A stretch of DNA of 57,595 nucleotides, from positions 1 to 57,595 of the forward strand of contig JAUVXW010000031.1 in NCBI GenBank assembly GCA_030603385.1, given 5' to 3'. Each line of letters opens with the position of its first letter. Positions within the stretch are counted from its first letter, which is position 1. Below, one piece after another: positions 49,518 to 57,595 of this stretch. The stretch comes from Promethearchaeota archaeon (lineage in GTDB: Archaea; Asgardarchaeota; Lokiarchaeia; Sigyniarchaeales; SOKP01). The translations under genes and the position numbers were made by a program. The notes beneath the pieces were generated by a model that was not told the origin of the DNA, did no database searches, and saw nothing but the letters and a program-made list of their open reading frames with translations.

Positions 49518-51008
49518 TTACTCGCCCCCTTTTTCTAGTTTTTTTATTTTGTCTAATAACTCTTGATTTTCAGACCTAAGATCCTTTACTCTCTTTTGTA
49601 AATCTTTATTTTCAGTTTGTAATGTTTTTAATTTATTTTTGATTGGATTCTTAGAACTTTCTAATAATATAATCGCTGCCTTTAAATCAGATAAATAACT
49701 TTTTTTCTCTTTATTTAGATTATTAAGATTACCCTTAATCCTACTTACCTTTTTATTAAAAGATGTCAATAAATCTTCTTGTACTGTGTTTAAATTGCTT
49801 TGGATTAGATTATCTATAGATTTATATCTTTCTGTATATTTTTTAATGGCATTGCTTCCTCTTTCTAGATTTTCAACATTATTTGAGAAATTTTTATTAA
49901 ACTCCGTTAGACTATTAGATATCCTTGTATTTTCTTCTAAAAGCTGATTAAGCGCATTATCTTTAAATGATAGATCAATTTGATTTTTATAGTCCTCTTT
50001 CGAATTATTAACTAACTCTTTGATGTTCTCCTTTTCATTATCTAATTCTTCAAGTTTATCATCAACATAGAAATCTATATCTTTTAAATCATTCTGCAAA
50101 TCATAGTTGAAAGATTGTTGTAAATTAATAATTTCATTACTCAATTTATCTCTTATTTCTTTTAAATCGTTCCTCATCCCTGAGTTATTTATATATATCT
50201 TATTGACAATATCTTGTCCCCATGTATTAAGTAAATAAGTCATTGGTTTAATGGTTAATTCTAGAAAATTATCCATCCCTTTTTTTAAAGTTGAAATTAT
50301 TTCCTCAAAATTTATTTCAGGCAATTTCGATTCTATTTGTTCTTCTTCAGGGATAAAAACCTCGCTAAACAAGTCAACTGTTTCATTTAGTTCAAGAATT
50401 TGAGGGCTTCCCGTATGAACAGCATTTATTAATTCCATTATCTTTATATAAAATTCATGACTATTAGGAGGTTCGACAATAGCCTTTACTTCATGGTAAT
50501 CTGATTTTAAAGCTAATGAAGGGTCATCTAGATTTGTTTCATCTAATCTAAAAACTCTAAAACCTAAATCTCCTGGTTTATCAAGATATGTATGGTCAAA
50601 AACAATTCCTATACCGGTAGGGTTCTTCTGCCAAAAAATTTGGTTGAATTTATCAGTTCCACTGAAGAAGATACCGAGTCCTGGATGGCTATGCATCCAT
50701 CCCACCGAAAACCATCCAAGATCGCCATATTGCTCCCATATTTTTGTATCTAATTCCCCAAATGCTCCCAACTGTTCAACTGAGAATTTCACTTCTATTG
50801 TGCCTCCATGAGAAACCGGTACTACATCTTCAACTATAACATTTTTAATTTCATCTTCTCCTTCAAGATGACCAATTAGAACGCCCATAACTTCAGATAA
50901 TTTTGAATGTTCTATATATTTTGATCCAAAACGTAAAACATGTAGTAACATTTTATAATAAGCAAGGGGTTTAATCGTTACTATACTTTGATCACTAATT
51001 TTCCCCAT
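49518..51008 (-). CDS. MPN+/JAMM isopeptidase domain with long coiled-coil C-terminus
   Basis: EVMGVLIG; VGWMHSHPGLGIFFSGTD; ATG at 51008 preferred over TTG at 51077. Confidence 0.88.
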   Translation of the reverse strand: MGKISDQSIVTIKPLAYYKMLLHVLRFGSKYIEHSKLSEVMGVLIGHLEGEDEIKNVIVEDVVPVSHGGTIEVKFSVEQLGAFGELDTKIWEQYGDLGWFSVGWMHSHPGLGIFFSGTDKFNQIFWQKNPTGIGIVFDHTYLDKPGDLGFRVFRLDETNLDDPSLALKSDYHEVKAIVEPPNSHEFYIKIMELINAVHTGSPQILELNETVDLFSEVFIPEEEQIESKLPEINFEEIISTLKKGMDNFLELTIKPMTYLLNTWGQDIVNKIYINNSGMRNDLKEIRDKLSNEIINLQQSFNYDLQNDLKDIDFYVDDKLEELDNEKENIKELVNNSKEDYKNQIDLSFKDNALNQLLEENTRISNSLTEFNKNFSNNVENLERGSNAIKKYTERYKSIDNLIQSNLNTVQEDLLTSFNKKVSRIKGNLNNLNKEKKSYLSDLKAAIILLESSKNPIKNKLKTLQTENKDLQKRVKDLRSENQELLDKIKKLEKGGE

Positions 51009-51149
51009 TTTAAATTCACTTGTTTTTTCAAATTTATGATATATATATGGTTTGTATGGTTTTAAATATTTGAACAAAAAGCATTTAATTTAAAAAGGTC
51101 TATTTTTATAATTTACAATTATAATCCAATTAGGTAAATAAGCTAGGAT

Positions 51150-51740
51150 TTAATCATGGGGTAATGGTTTACCGCAATAAGGACAAAATTTCCAATCTAA
51201 ATCCTTGCCACAGTGTGGACAAAAACTTGAAGCTGTTGTACTTGTTGGTGTTCTTTCTGCCATTCCTTGTTTTGGAATGGATGGCAATTGTCTTGATGTC
51301 TTCAATGTTGTGGCTGCTGAAGTACTAGGTTGTCCTCCAGTACCCTCTGTTTTAACCCATCCTTGAACTTGTGGTCTTTTTAATTCACTTTCTGGTACTT
51401 TCTCTAATTCTACTTCCTTAGTTTCTGATAAAGGGGCTACAATTTTCCTTTCTTCTTTCTTTTTAATTGCCTGTTTCACTAAAGCTTGTGTGGTTTTCAT
51501 GACTTGATGAGGATTAATATTAGGAATTGCTACTGTACGTAGAACCCATCCTACGATCAAGTTCTGGTTTGGAAAGCCTCCCTGAACGTCCTCATCCTTA
51601 TAAACATATGAATCAATTACATTTCTTCCTTTTAACAAACGTGAGGCCCATTTATCATTAATCAATCCTAATTGGATTCGATAGCTTGTTCCAGCTACAC
51701 CAAGTTCGCTTGTAAGTGGAATAAAACCTCTTTCTGTCAA
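51150..51740 (-). CDS. Protein with globular N-domain, Thr/Ser/Pro-rich linker and C-terminal double zinc ribbon
   Basis: FCPHCGKDLDWKFCPYCG; GTGA SD before TTG. Confidence 0.8.
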   Translation of the reverse strand: MTERGFIPLTSELGVAGTSYRIQLGLINDKWASRLLKGRNVIDSYVYKDEDVQGGFPNQNLIVGWVLRTVAIPNINPHQVMKTTQALVKQAIKKKEERKIVAPLSETKEVELEKVPESELKRPQVQGWVKTEGTGGQPSTSAATTLKTSRQLPSIPKQGMAERTPTSTTASSFCPHCGKDLDWKFCPYCGKPLPHD

Positions 51741-52000
51741 GGTAAATCACTTTTTATATTATAATTATTTGAATCAAGTAATATTATAATGGTAAATTTT
51801 GAATTTAAATTATTATTTATTTCATGGTAAAATTTATTTCTAATATTAAAAATTTTATGGAATAGGCTAAGTTAGAGTGCATCAAATCATCCATCTTTCT
51901 TTGTGCAATGAAAAAGACATAAATACAAAAATTTGTATTAATTTGTAAAAAGTTATTAAAAAATTATTTAATTTTAAAGAAAAGAACACTGGTTGAAAAA

Positions 52001-52957
52001 ATGACAGTAATAATCCCTACAAAGGTTTATTTAACTATCGTGGCTGCTGCTGTAAGATTTGCAAATGCACGTATACCAAAAGATGATTGGCTTGAAGTAA
52101 GTGGTATATTTACAGGTCGAAATGAAGGGGATAATGTTATCATATCAGCTGTTTACCCGATTATGCATCAAAAGTTAGATAAGGATGCAGTGATTGATCA
52201 GTACAAATGGTCAGATGAAGACTATGAGTCTCTTTATATAATTGACGATGAAGCCTTTTCAAGGGATCCTCCTGAATTTGTAGTTGGCTGGTGGCACTCA
52301 CATCCTGGATTTAAGGTTATGATGTCACATATCGATATTCGTACAACGTTATCTTATCAACAAAATAATCCATTAGCGATTTCTCTTGTATTTAACCCTC
52401 AGCGATTAATACGCCAAATCGAAGTTGCTGATAAAAGGGGCGATCCAGATAAACAATTGAAAAATGATCCTGGGTTTAAGATCTTCAGATTAGATGACGT
52501 AAACAGTGGGATAGAAGCCTCTTATCATTCTGCCGATTATAGAGTTGAAGGATACGAAAGCATGGAACAATTAATTAGTTTGACACAAAAATTCATTGTA
52601 GACGTAACAAATTTGTTCCCTAAAGAAAGATTACCACAAACTTATGAAAAAATAATTGATGATAAAATAGAACAATTGAATTCATTGCTATTAGGAACTG
52701 AAGAATATTTAGCAACTTTAACTCGACGTGGGGAAACTCAGCGTATTCCTGAGGTTTTAGAAAATCAAAATCAAGAGATAAACAGATTTGTGGAAGAAAC
52801 AAATAAAAGAATAGGTTTTATCAAACATTTCAAAGAATTCTTAGAATTCAAGGAAAGAGAAACAATAATCCCCCAAATAGAAAAATCAATATCCAAGTGG
52901 GATGGAGTTGTGGCTGGTTTGAGTAAAAAATTGAAAGAACTATCTAAAAAGTTTTAG
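52001..52957 (+). CDS. MPN+/JAMM domain with helical C-terminus
   Basis: EVSGIFTG; VGWWHSHPGFKVMMSHID. Confidence 0.88.
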   Translation: MTVIIPTKVYLTIVAAAVRFANARIPKDDWLEVSGIFTGRNEGDNVIISAVYPIMHQKLDKDAVIDQYKWSDEDYESLYIIDDEAFSRDPPEFVVGWWHSHPGFKVMMSHIDIRTTLSYQQNNPLAISLVFNPQRLIRQIEVADKRGDPDKQLKNDPGFKIFRLDDVNSGIEASYHSADYRVEGYESMEQLISLTQKFIVDVTNLFPKERLPQTYEKIIDDKIEQLNSLLLGTEEYLATLTRRGETQRIPEVLENQNQEINRFVEETNKRIGFIKHFKEFLEFKERETIIPQIEKSISKWDGVVAGLSKKLKELSKKF

Positions 52958-53094
52958 TTTTCTAACCCTAAAAAAATATTTTTCATCTTATTTTTAATTT
53001 TGATATATTTTTATTTGATTAAGCGTTATTTTGATTAAGAAAACTACGAGTTAAAACAGTTAGATCCTATAAATTAAATGAAACGTACTTAATT

Positions 53095-55299
53095 ATGAAA
53101 AGAATTAATTTTCCGTTTACAGCAATACTTGGGCAAGATAAAATGAAGATGGCATTGGTGTTGAATGTTATAGATGCTCAAATAGCGGGAGTTCTTCTTA
53201 CAGGCCATCAAGGTACAGGAAAGAGCACTGCTGTTCGAAGTCTCGTAGAATTGATGCCTCAAATCGAAGTTATTAAAGGTTGTGAATTTTCATGTGCCCC
53301 ATATTCAGATGTTGACGATTTATGTGAAAGTTGTAAAGAAAAAATGGAAAAGAAAGAAGCCAAAACTGAATTTAGGGATATGTGGTTAGTAAATCTGCCC
53401 TTGGGCGTTACAGAGGATATGGTATGTGGCTCATTATCCATTGATAAAGTACTTACGGAAGGAATAAGAGCATTACATCCAGGATTATTAGCAAAAGCAA
53501 ACCGAGGTATTTTATATGTAGATGAAATTAATCTACTACAGGATCACATTGTTGATGTTCTTTTAGATTCTGCTGCTTCTGGTGTTAATATAATAGAAAG
53601 AGAGGGTATTTCTGTGTCTCACCCATCTAGATTCGTTCTCGTAGGAAGTATGAATCCTGAAGAAGGTGATTTGAGACCGCAAATAGCAGACAGGCTTGGT
53701 TTAGAGGTTAGGATCAGAGCTCCGAGAGATAACGAATTGCGAGCTGAAATCACCAGAAGAGTTATTAGTTTTGGCGATAACCCAAAAAATTTCATTGAAA
53801 ATTATGAAGATCAACAAGATAAATTAAGGCAAAAAATCCTAAATGCCCGTAAAATATTAAAGGAAGTTCAAATCCCGAATTCTGTTTATGAATTTGTATC
53901 TAAAATAGTAAGCGAATTAGAAATCTTCTCACAAAGAGCAGATATTACCTTTATTAGATGCGCCAGAGCTCATGCCGCTCTAAATGCAAGGAAAGACATT
54001 GTGGAAGAAGATTTAAACGTGGCGATGGACTTGGTATTTGAACATAGAATTCAATCACTTCATTATGAAATGACACCCGAAGAGATAAAATCTAAGATTG
54101 CTGAAGTTTACGGAAAAATAAAGGAAGCTTATGAAAATACTAATGTACTACAACCCAACAGAGAAACAGAAGGACCTTTAAAGCATGATGATTCTTCCCA
54201 AAAGGAGTTCAAACGTCAATCTGTTGATCCAGATAAAGTGGATATACCAGAAACGAGAGAGCAGAAGCTTCCCCCTCCAAAATATCCGGACAATAAAAAG
54301 AGAAGTCCTAAACCTGCTGGAGGTTGGAAGGTAAAAAATATTCCTTTTGATGATGATCTCAGATTTTTTAAAGCTAAAAATACGTCACTGCCATTCATTT
54401 ATCAAATGGAAAAAAAAATGACATCAATTCTAGATAATATTAGAAAAGATCGAAAGATTTCTGATTATGGTGGTAGAGGAATAGGAAGAAGAATTAAAAT
54501 CTCTTCCTCTCAAAAGGGTAGATATGTATCATACAGAACACCCATAAGCGAGAACCCGAAAAGAATTGCTTTAGATGCTACAATTAGAAATTATCTTAAA
54601 AACATAGCATATAACGAGACTGATATAGAATTTCCAATACATTTTAATAAGTATGATTTAATGGATAAAATTTATGAATATCGTGCTCCTTTAGCTCTAT
54701 TTTTTGTACTTGATAGTTCAGCATCAATGTATTATGTAATTAAACAAATGACCGATGTAATATTATCTTTACACCGAGAAGGTTTTAGAAAAAGAGATAA
54801 AATTGCTTTAATTATATTTCGAGGTAAACAAGCCTTAGTTCTTCAAAAACCAACTGTCAATTTTAAGATGGCAGTTAATAAATTGAAAAAAATCGAGGGA
54901 AAATCATACACCCCAATGGCAGCAGCTCTTAAAAAGGTTTCTGAGCTTATAAAAGTAGAAAAATTGAAGGATAGAAACATAATACCAATCGTTTTTATTT
55001 GTAGTGACTGTGGAGCTAACATCTCAGCTAAACATCCTGACTTAATAGCTCAAGTTGAATCTGATTATGTGTTAATTACTCAAGAATTAAAAGAATTAAC
55101 AAAGAAATTATCAAATCTAAAAATACACATGGTGGTTCTAGAGCCAAAAAAGTCTTATGCCACTCAAGCCCTTGGAGTACACACTTATTCTGCTGAAAAG
55201 ATTAAGAAGAACTTCAAAAAATATGCCAATTGCCAACTATACAAATTTAACAAGTATAATCCCAACTCCTTAATACTAGAATTGAAAAAAATACTTTAA
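53095..55299 (+). CDS. ChlD/BchD-like chelatase subunit (AAA+, linker, vWA)
   Basis: FPFTAILGQ, GHQGTGKS, LLAKANRGILYVDEINLL, MNPEEG, MIDAS DSSAS. Confidence 0.9.
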   Translation: MKRINFPFTAILGQDKMKMALVLNVIDAQIAGVLLTGHQGTGKSTAVRSLVELMPQIEVIKGCEFSCAPYSDVDDLCESCKEKMEKKEAKTEFRDMWLVNLPLGVTEDMVCGSLSIDKVLTEGIRALHPGLLAKANRGILYVDEINLLQDHIVDVLLDSAASGVNIIEREGISVSHPSRFVLVGSMNPEEGDLRPQIADRLGLEVRIRAPRDNELRAEITRRVISFGDNPKNFIENYEDQQDKLRQKILNARKILKEVQIPNSVYEFVSKIVSELEIFSQRADITFIRCARAHAALNARKDIVEEDLNVAMDLVFEHRIQSLHYEMTPEEIKSKIAEVYGKIKEAYENTNVLQPNRETEGPLKHDDSSQKEFKRQSVDPDKVDIPETREQKLPPPKYPDNKKRSPKPAGGWKVKNIPFDDDLRFFKAKNTSLPFIYQMEKKMTSILDNIRKDRKISDYGGRGIGRRIKISSSQKGRYVSYRTPISENPKRIALDATIRNYLKNIAYNETDIEFPIHFNKYDLMDKIYEYRAPLALFFVLDSSASMYYVIKQMTDVILSLHREGFRKRDKIALIIFRGKQALVLQKPTVNFKMAVNKLKKIEGKSYTPMAAALKKVSELIKVEKLKDRNIIPIVFICSDCGANISAKHPDLIAQVESDYVLITQELKELTKKLSNLKIHMVVLEPKKSYATQALGVHTYSAEKIKKNFKKYANCQLYKFNKYNPNSLILELKKIL

Positions 55300-55347
55300 T
55301 TTTATTTCTTAAAAACTTCTTAAATTTTATATTCTAATTGTTTATTA

Positions 55348-56604
55348 ATGGAAAATACTACAAAATCTGTCTTAATTGTTGGATTCAACACTCGTCCATT
55401 AGCTTTTTCTTTGAAGAATGCAGGATATGAAGTTTATGCTGTAGATTTTTTCGGTGACTTAGATTTTTATCCAAATGTGAAGGATAGTTTCGTTTTAACA
55501 AAAGAGTTAAGGACTGATTACAATTCAATAAAAGACAAATATAGCCAGTTATTGTCAGATTTTACAATAAAATTATTGAAAAAATATCCTAGAATTAATT
55601 ATTTAATGATTGGGAGCGGATTAGATGATGCTTATATAGAACGAGAAGCCATTTCAAACGAAATAAAGGATAAGAATTACAAGATAAAGGAGTTGAATAA
55701 TGATATTGAAACACTCAAAATGGCTCGTAATATTGATTATGTTTATAAGATTTTAAAGTTGCACAAGTTTAAGGTTCCTTTTACTATTCCTTACGAAAAT
55801 TTAAAGGCTTATAAAAATAATCTTCAATTTCCAATTATTTTTAAAAAATCTAAAAGTGCTGGTGGATTGAATGTTTTCAAAATTCAAAACCATGAAGAAT
55901 TATTATCTAAAAGTAAAATTTTGGAAGGTAAAGAGTTTAATCCCCTAGAATGGGTGATTCAAGAGTATATAGAGGGCATTCCTATAAGCTGTACAACAAT
56001 TTCAAATGGTATAAAATGTGAAGTTATTTCAATCAATCGTCAAATTATTGGAGAACAATTTTTAAATGCTCCTAAAGAATTCATATATTGCGGTAATATC
56101 GTACCTGCGGGTTTGCCAAAAAAGGATGAACAAATTATATCAAGGATTTCAAAAATCCTAACAATCGAATTAGAGTTAAAAGGTATTAATGGATTTGATT
56201 ATGTTTTAAAAGACCATTATCCATATTTAATGGAGGTTAATCCAAGAATCCCTGGTTCGATAAGAGCATCTGAAATGAGTTTTGATTTAAACCTTCTAGA
56301 TTTACATATAAAAAGTTTTGATTTGGATAAATGGTATGTCATTAAAAAATTAATAAGTTCTAAGAAATTAAGTGGGTTTTCAACAAAATTAATAGTGTTT
56401 GCCCCCAAGGAAATAAAAAAAAATGTTATTTCTGAGGTAAACAATCTTGAATATATTCATGATAAAAGTGAGCCAAATAAAAGTATCTTGAAAGGTGAAC
56501 CGTTATGTACTGTTTTATATAAAGGAAGAAATTTATCAAAATCTTATAGTATGGCGATGGAAATTGTGAATAAAATTAACCAGATCATTGAAGGATTGCC
56601 TTGA
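55348..56604 (+). CDS. ATP-grasp ligase (archaeal type)
   Basis: VDFFGDLD, SAGGLNV, QEYIEG, YCGNIVP, GINGFD, EVNPR. Confidence 0.85.
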   Translation: MENTTKSVLIVGFNTRPLAFSLKNAGYEVYAVDFFGDLDFYPNVKDSFVLTKELRTDYNSIKDKYSQLLSDFTIKLLKKYPRINYLMIGSGLDDAYIEREAISNEIKDKNYKIKELNNDIETLKMARNIDYVYKILKLHKFKVPFTIPYENLKAYKNNLQFPIIFKKSKSAGGLNVFKIQNHEELLSKSKILEGKEFNPLEWVIQEYIEGIPISCTTISNGIKCEVISINRQIIGEQFLNAPKEFIYCGNIVPAGLPKKDEQIISRISKILTIELELKGINGFDYVLKDHYPYLMEVNPRIPGSIRASEMSFDLNLLDLHIKSFDLDKWYVIKKLISSKKLSGFSTKLIVFAPKEIKKNVISEVNNLEYIHDKSEPNKSILKGEPLCTVLYKGRNLSKSYSMAMEIVNKINQIIEGLP

Positions 56605-57319
56605 TCTTAGCAATGTAACCTCCCAGTTTTCTTTCGTCTGATTCGGGGACAGCAAGTGCTAGAATTCGATTCTCGTCTAAATCATGAATAATAACAGACC
56701 CATTTTCTCCCCCAATTATAGAATATTCCATACCACCTTCTAATAACACACCTGATAAATTATATAAAGCCGCAATCATAGCTGAAAGAATTGGTTCAGG
56801 CATAGTTGATTGAATTTTTATAGGTAATCCATCTTTGGTTATAATTCCAATCATTAGTGCCGATGGAATTGCTCTTTTAATAGCAACAAAAATTTCTTCT
56901 TTTTTGAGCTCTGATGTTTCAACAAACGCTGAAATTTTTAAGGCAAATTGTTTCATCTTGGAGACATACTGATTTAATCCTTCCAATTCTGCTAATTCAC
57001 GATTTAAATATGAGACCATTGTTATATTTTCGGTCATAACGGCAAGTATGATTTTCTTTTTACCAGTCACTAAATTGTATGAGATTTCTTGCATTAAAGA
57101 ATCATTCAATATTTTTGAAGATATAAATAGTAGACTAGAGGCTGCAGCAGAAATCTCAGGTAAAGATAAAATTGTATTTTGTTTAAAACTATTTGCAATG
57201 AATGTTCCTCCGTGAGTTCCAATATTAATACCTAAAATTGCAGAATTTTCATTTATTTCCTTTTCAATAAGCTTAATGATATCATTTTCTAATGCTTTCA
57301 TTTTATTTGATTTGCTCAT
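56585..57319 (-). CDS. Tandem Roadblock/LC7 domain protein
   Basis: Two units: ILGINIGTHGGTFIAN...EISAAASSL and GIITKDGLPI...ILSAMIAAL...IIGGENGSVII. Confidence 0.8.
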   Translation of the reverse strand: MSKSNKMKALENDIIKLIEKEINENSAILGINIGTHGGTFIANSFKQNTILSLPEISAAASSLLFISSKILNDSLMQEISYNLVTGKKKIILAVMTENITMVSYLNRELAELEGLNQYVSKMKQFALKISAFVETSELKKEEIFVAIKRAIPSALMIGIITKDGLPIKIQSTMPEPILSAMIAALYNLSGVLLEGGMEYSIIGGENGSVIIHDLDENRILALAVPESDERKLGGYIAKIKAILQ

Positions 57320-57436
57320 GTATTTATATTAAAAATATGCAAATAAAAAGCTATTTAAAAAAAGTTTAATATTTCTTAAAACTATTTTAATATATTCTAA
57401 ATAAAAATTCCTAAATTTTATATTCTAAAAATGTAA

Positions 57437-57595
57437 ATCGATGAATTAAAAGAAAGTATCAAAAATCTGAATAATACTATCAATAATCTACAGGAATCTA
57501 TTAATCTTAAAGATGATCAGATTAATACGATAAAAGATTCGCTGAAATTAAAAGAAGATCAAATTAAAACCCTGGAATCTTCCCTAAATCTAAAA
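57437..57595 (+). CDS. 5' part of a coiled-coil protein with 14-residue repeats (runs off the window)
   Basis: IDELKESIKNLNNTINNLQESINLKDDQINTIKDSLKLKEDQIKTLESSLNLK; no canonical start in frame after the TAA at 57434. Confidence 0.65.
   Translation, partial: MDELKESIKNLNNTINNLQESINLKDDQINTIKDSLKLKEDQIKTLESSLNLK

Noticed and set aside
51009-51077. TTG-initiated N-terminal extension of the MPN+ gene
   Set aside because: The extension looks like AT-rich promoter sequence; ATG at 51008 matches the paralog's N-terminal length.
53011-53039. TTATT(T)TGATTAAG tandem repeat upstream of the ChlD-like gene
   Set aside because: Low complexity and no independent support for a regulatory role.
53095-55299. 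Chlorophyll synthesis implied by the ChlD-like gene
   Set aside because: ChlI/ChlD-like proteins are widespread in non-phototrophic archaea, and no other pathway genes are present.
385-56444. Many 60-140 aa ORFs antisense to or nested in longer genes (e.g. 385-648, 7528-7824, 9031-9384, 21476-21844, 45328-45741)
   Set aside because: They are shadows of well-supported genes, with no motifs of their own.
1-57595. CRISPR arrays, tRNA/rRNA genes, transposases, integrases
   Set aside because: No regularly spaced repeats, cloverleafs, long GC-rich RNA segments or recombinase motifs were seen by eye.

Overview
AT-rich archaeal chromosomal DNA, almost certainly from a Lokiarchaeia-type Asgard archaeon. 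This rests on the Rab-like GTPase, tandem Roadblock protein, MPN/JAB proteins, LRR-PCI protein, archaeal AfpA/MoaA and GGTGA-type Shine-Dalgarno motifs. Main blocks: housekeeping enzymes and a MoxR-vWA pair (0.3-5.7 kb); an FTR1 iron permease with a DtxR-type box; a Mo/W cofactor cluster (tupABC, moaCADE, moeA-moaB-moeA); a 680-bp segment bounded by a 34-bp direct repeat next to two coiled-coil/winged-helix genes; iscS-mobA, a beta-CASP nuclease and iscU; a CotH-VTC-DUF4956 operon; a copper island; an LRR-PCI gene split by one TAA; three MPN/JAB genes; ChlD-like AAA-vWA, ATP-grasp and Roadblock genes. The strongest leads are: (1) an adjacent MPN+/MPN- pair with long helical tails plus a third MPN+ gene, resembling a prototype of eukaryotic Rpn11/Rpn8 or BRCC36/Abraxas pairs; (2) three ModE-type operators and a candidate structured RNA leader upstream of the Mo/W genes; (3) evidence for ATT/ATA/ATC start codons; (4) a CopA with an apparent internal start for a small metal-binding protein. 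No rRNA, tRNA, CRISPR array or transposase was recognised. All family calls come from reading motifs by eye, not from database searches.
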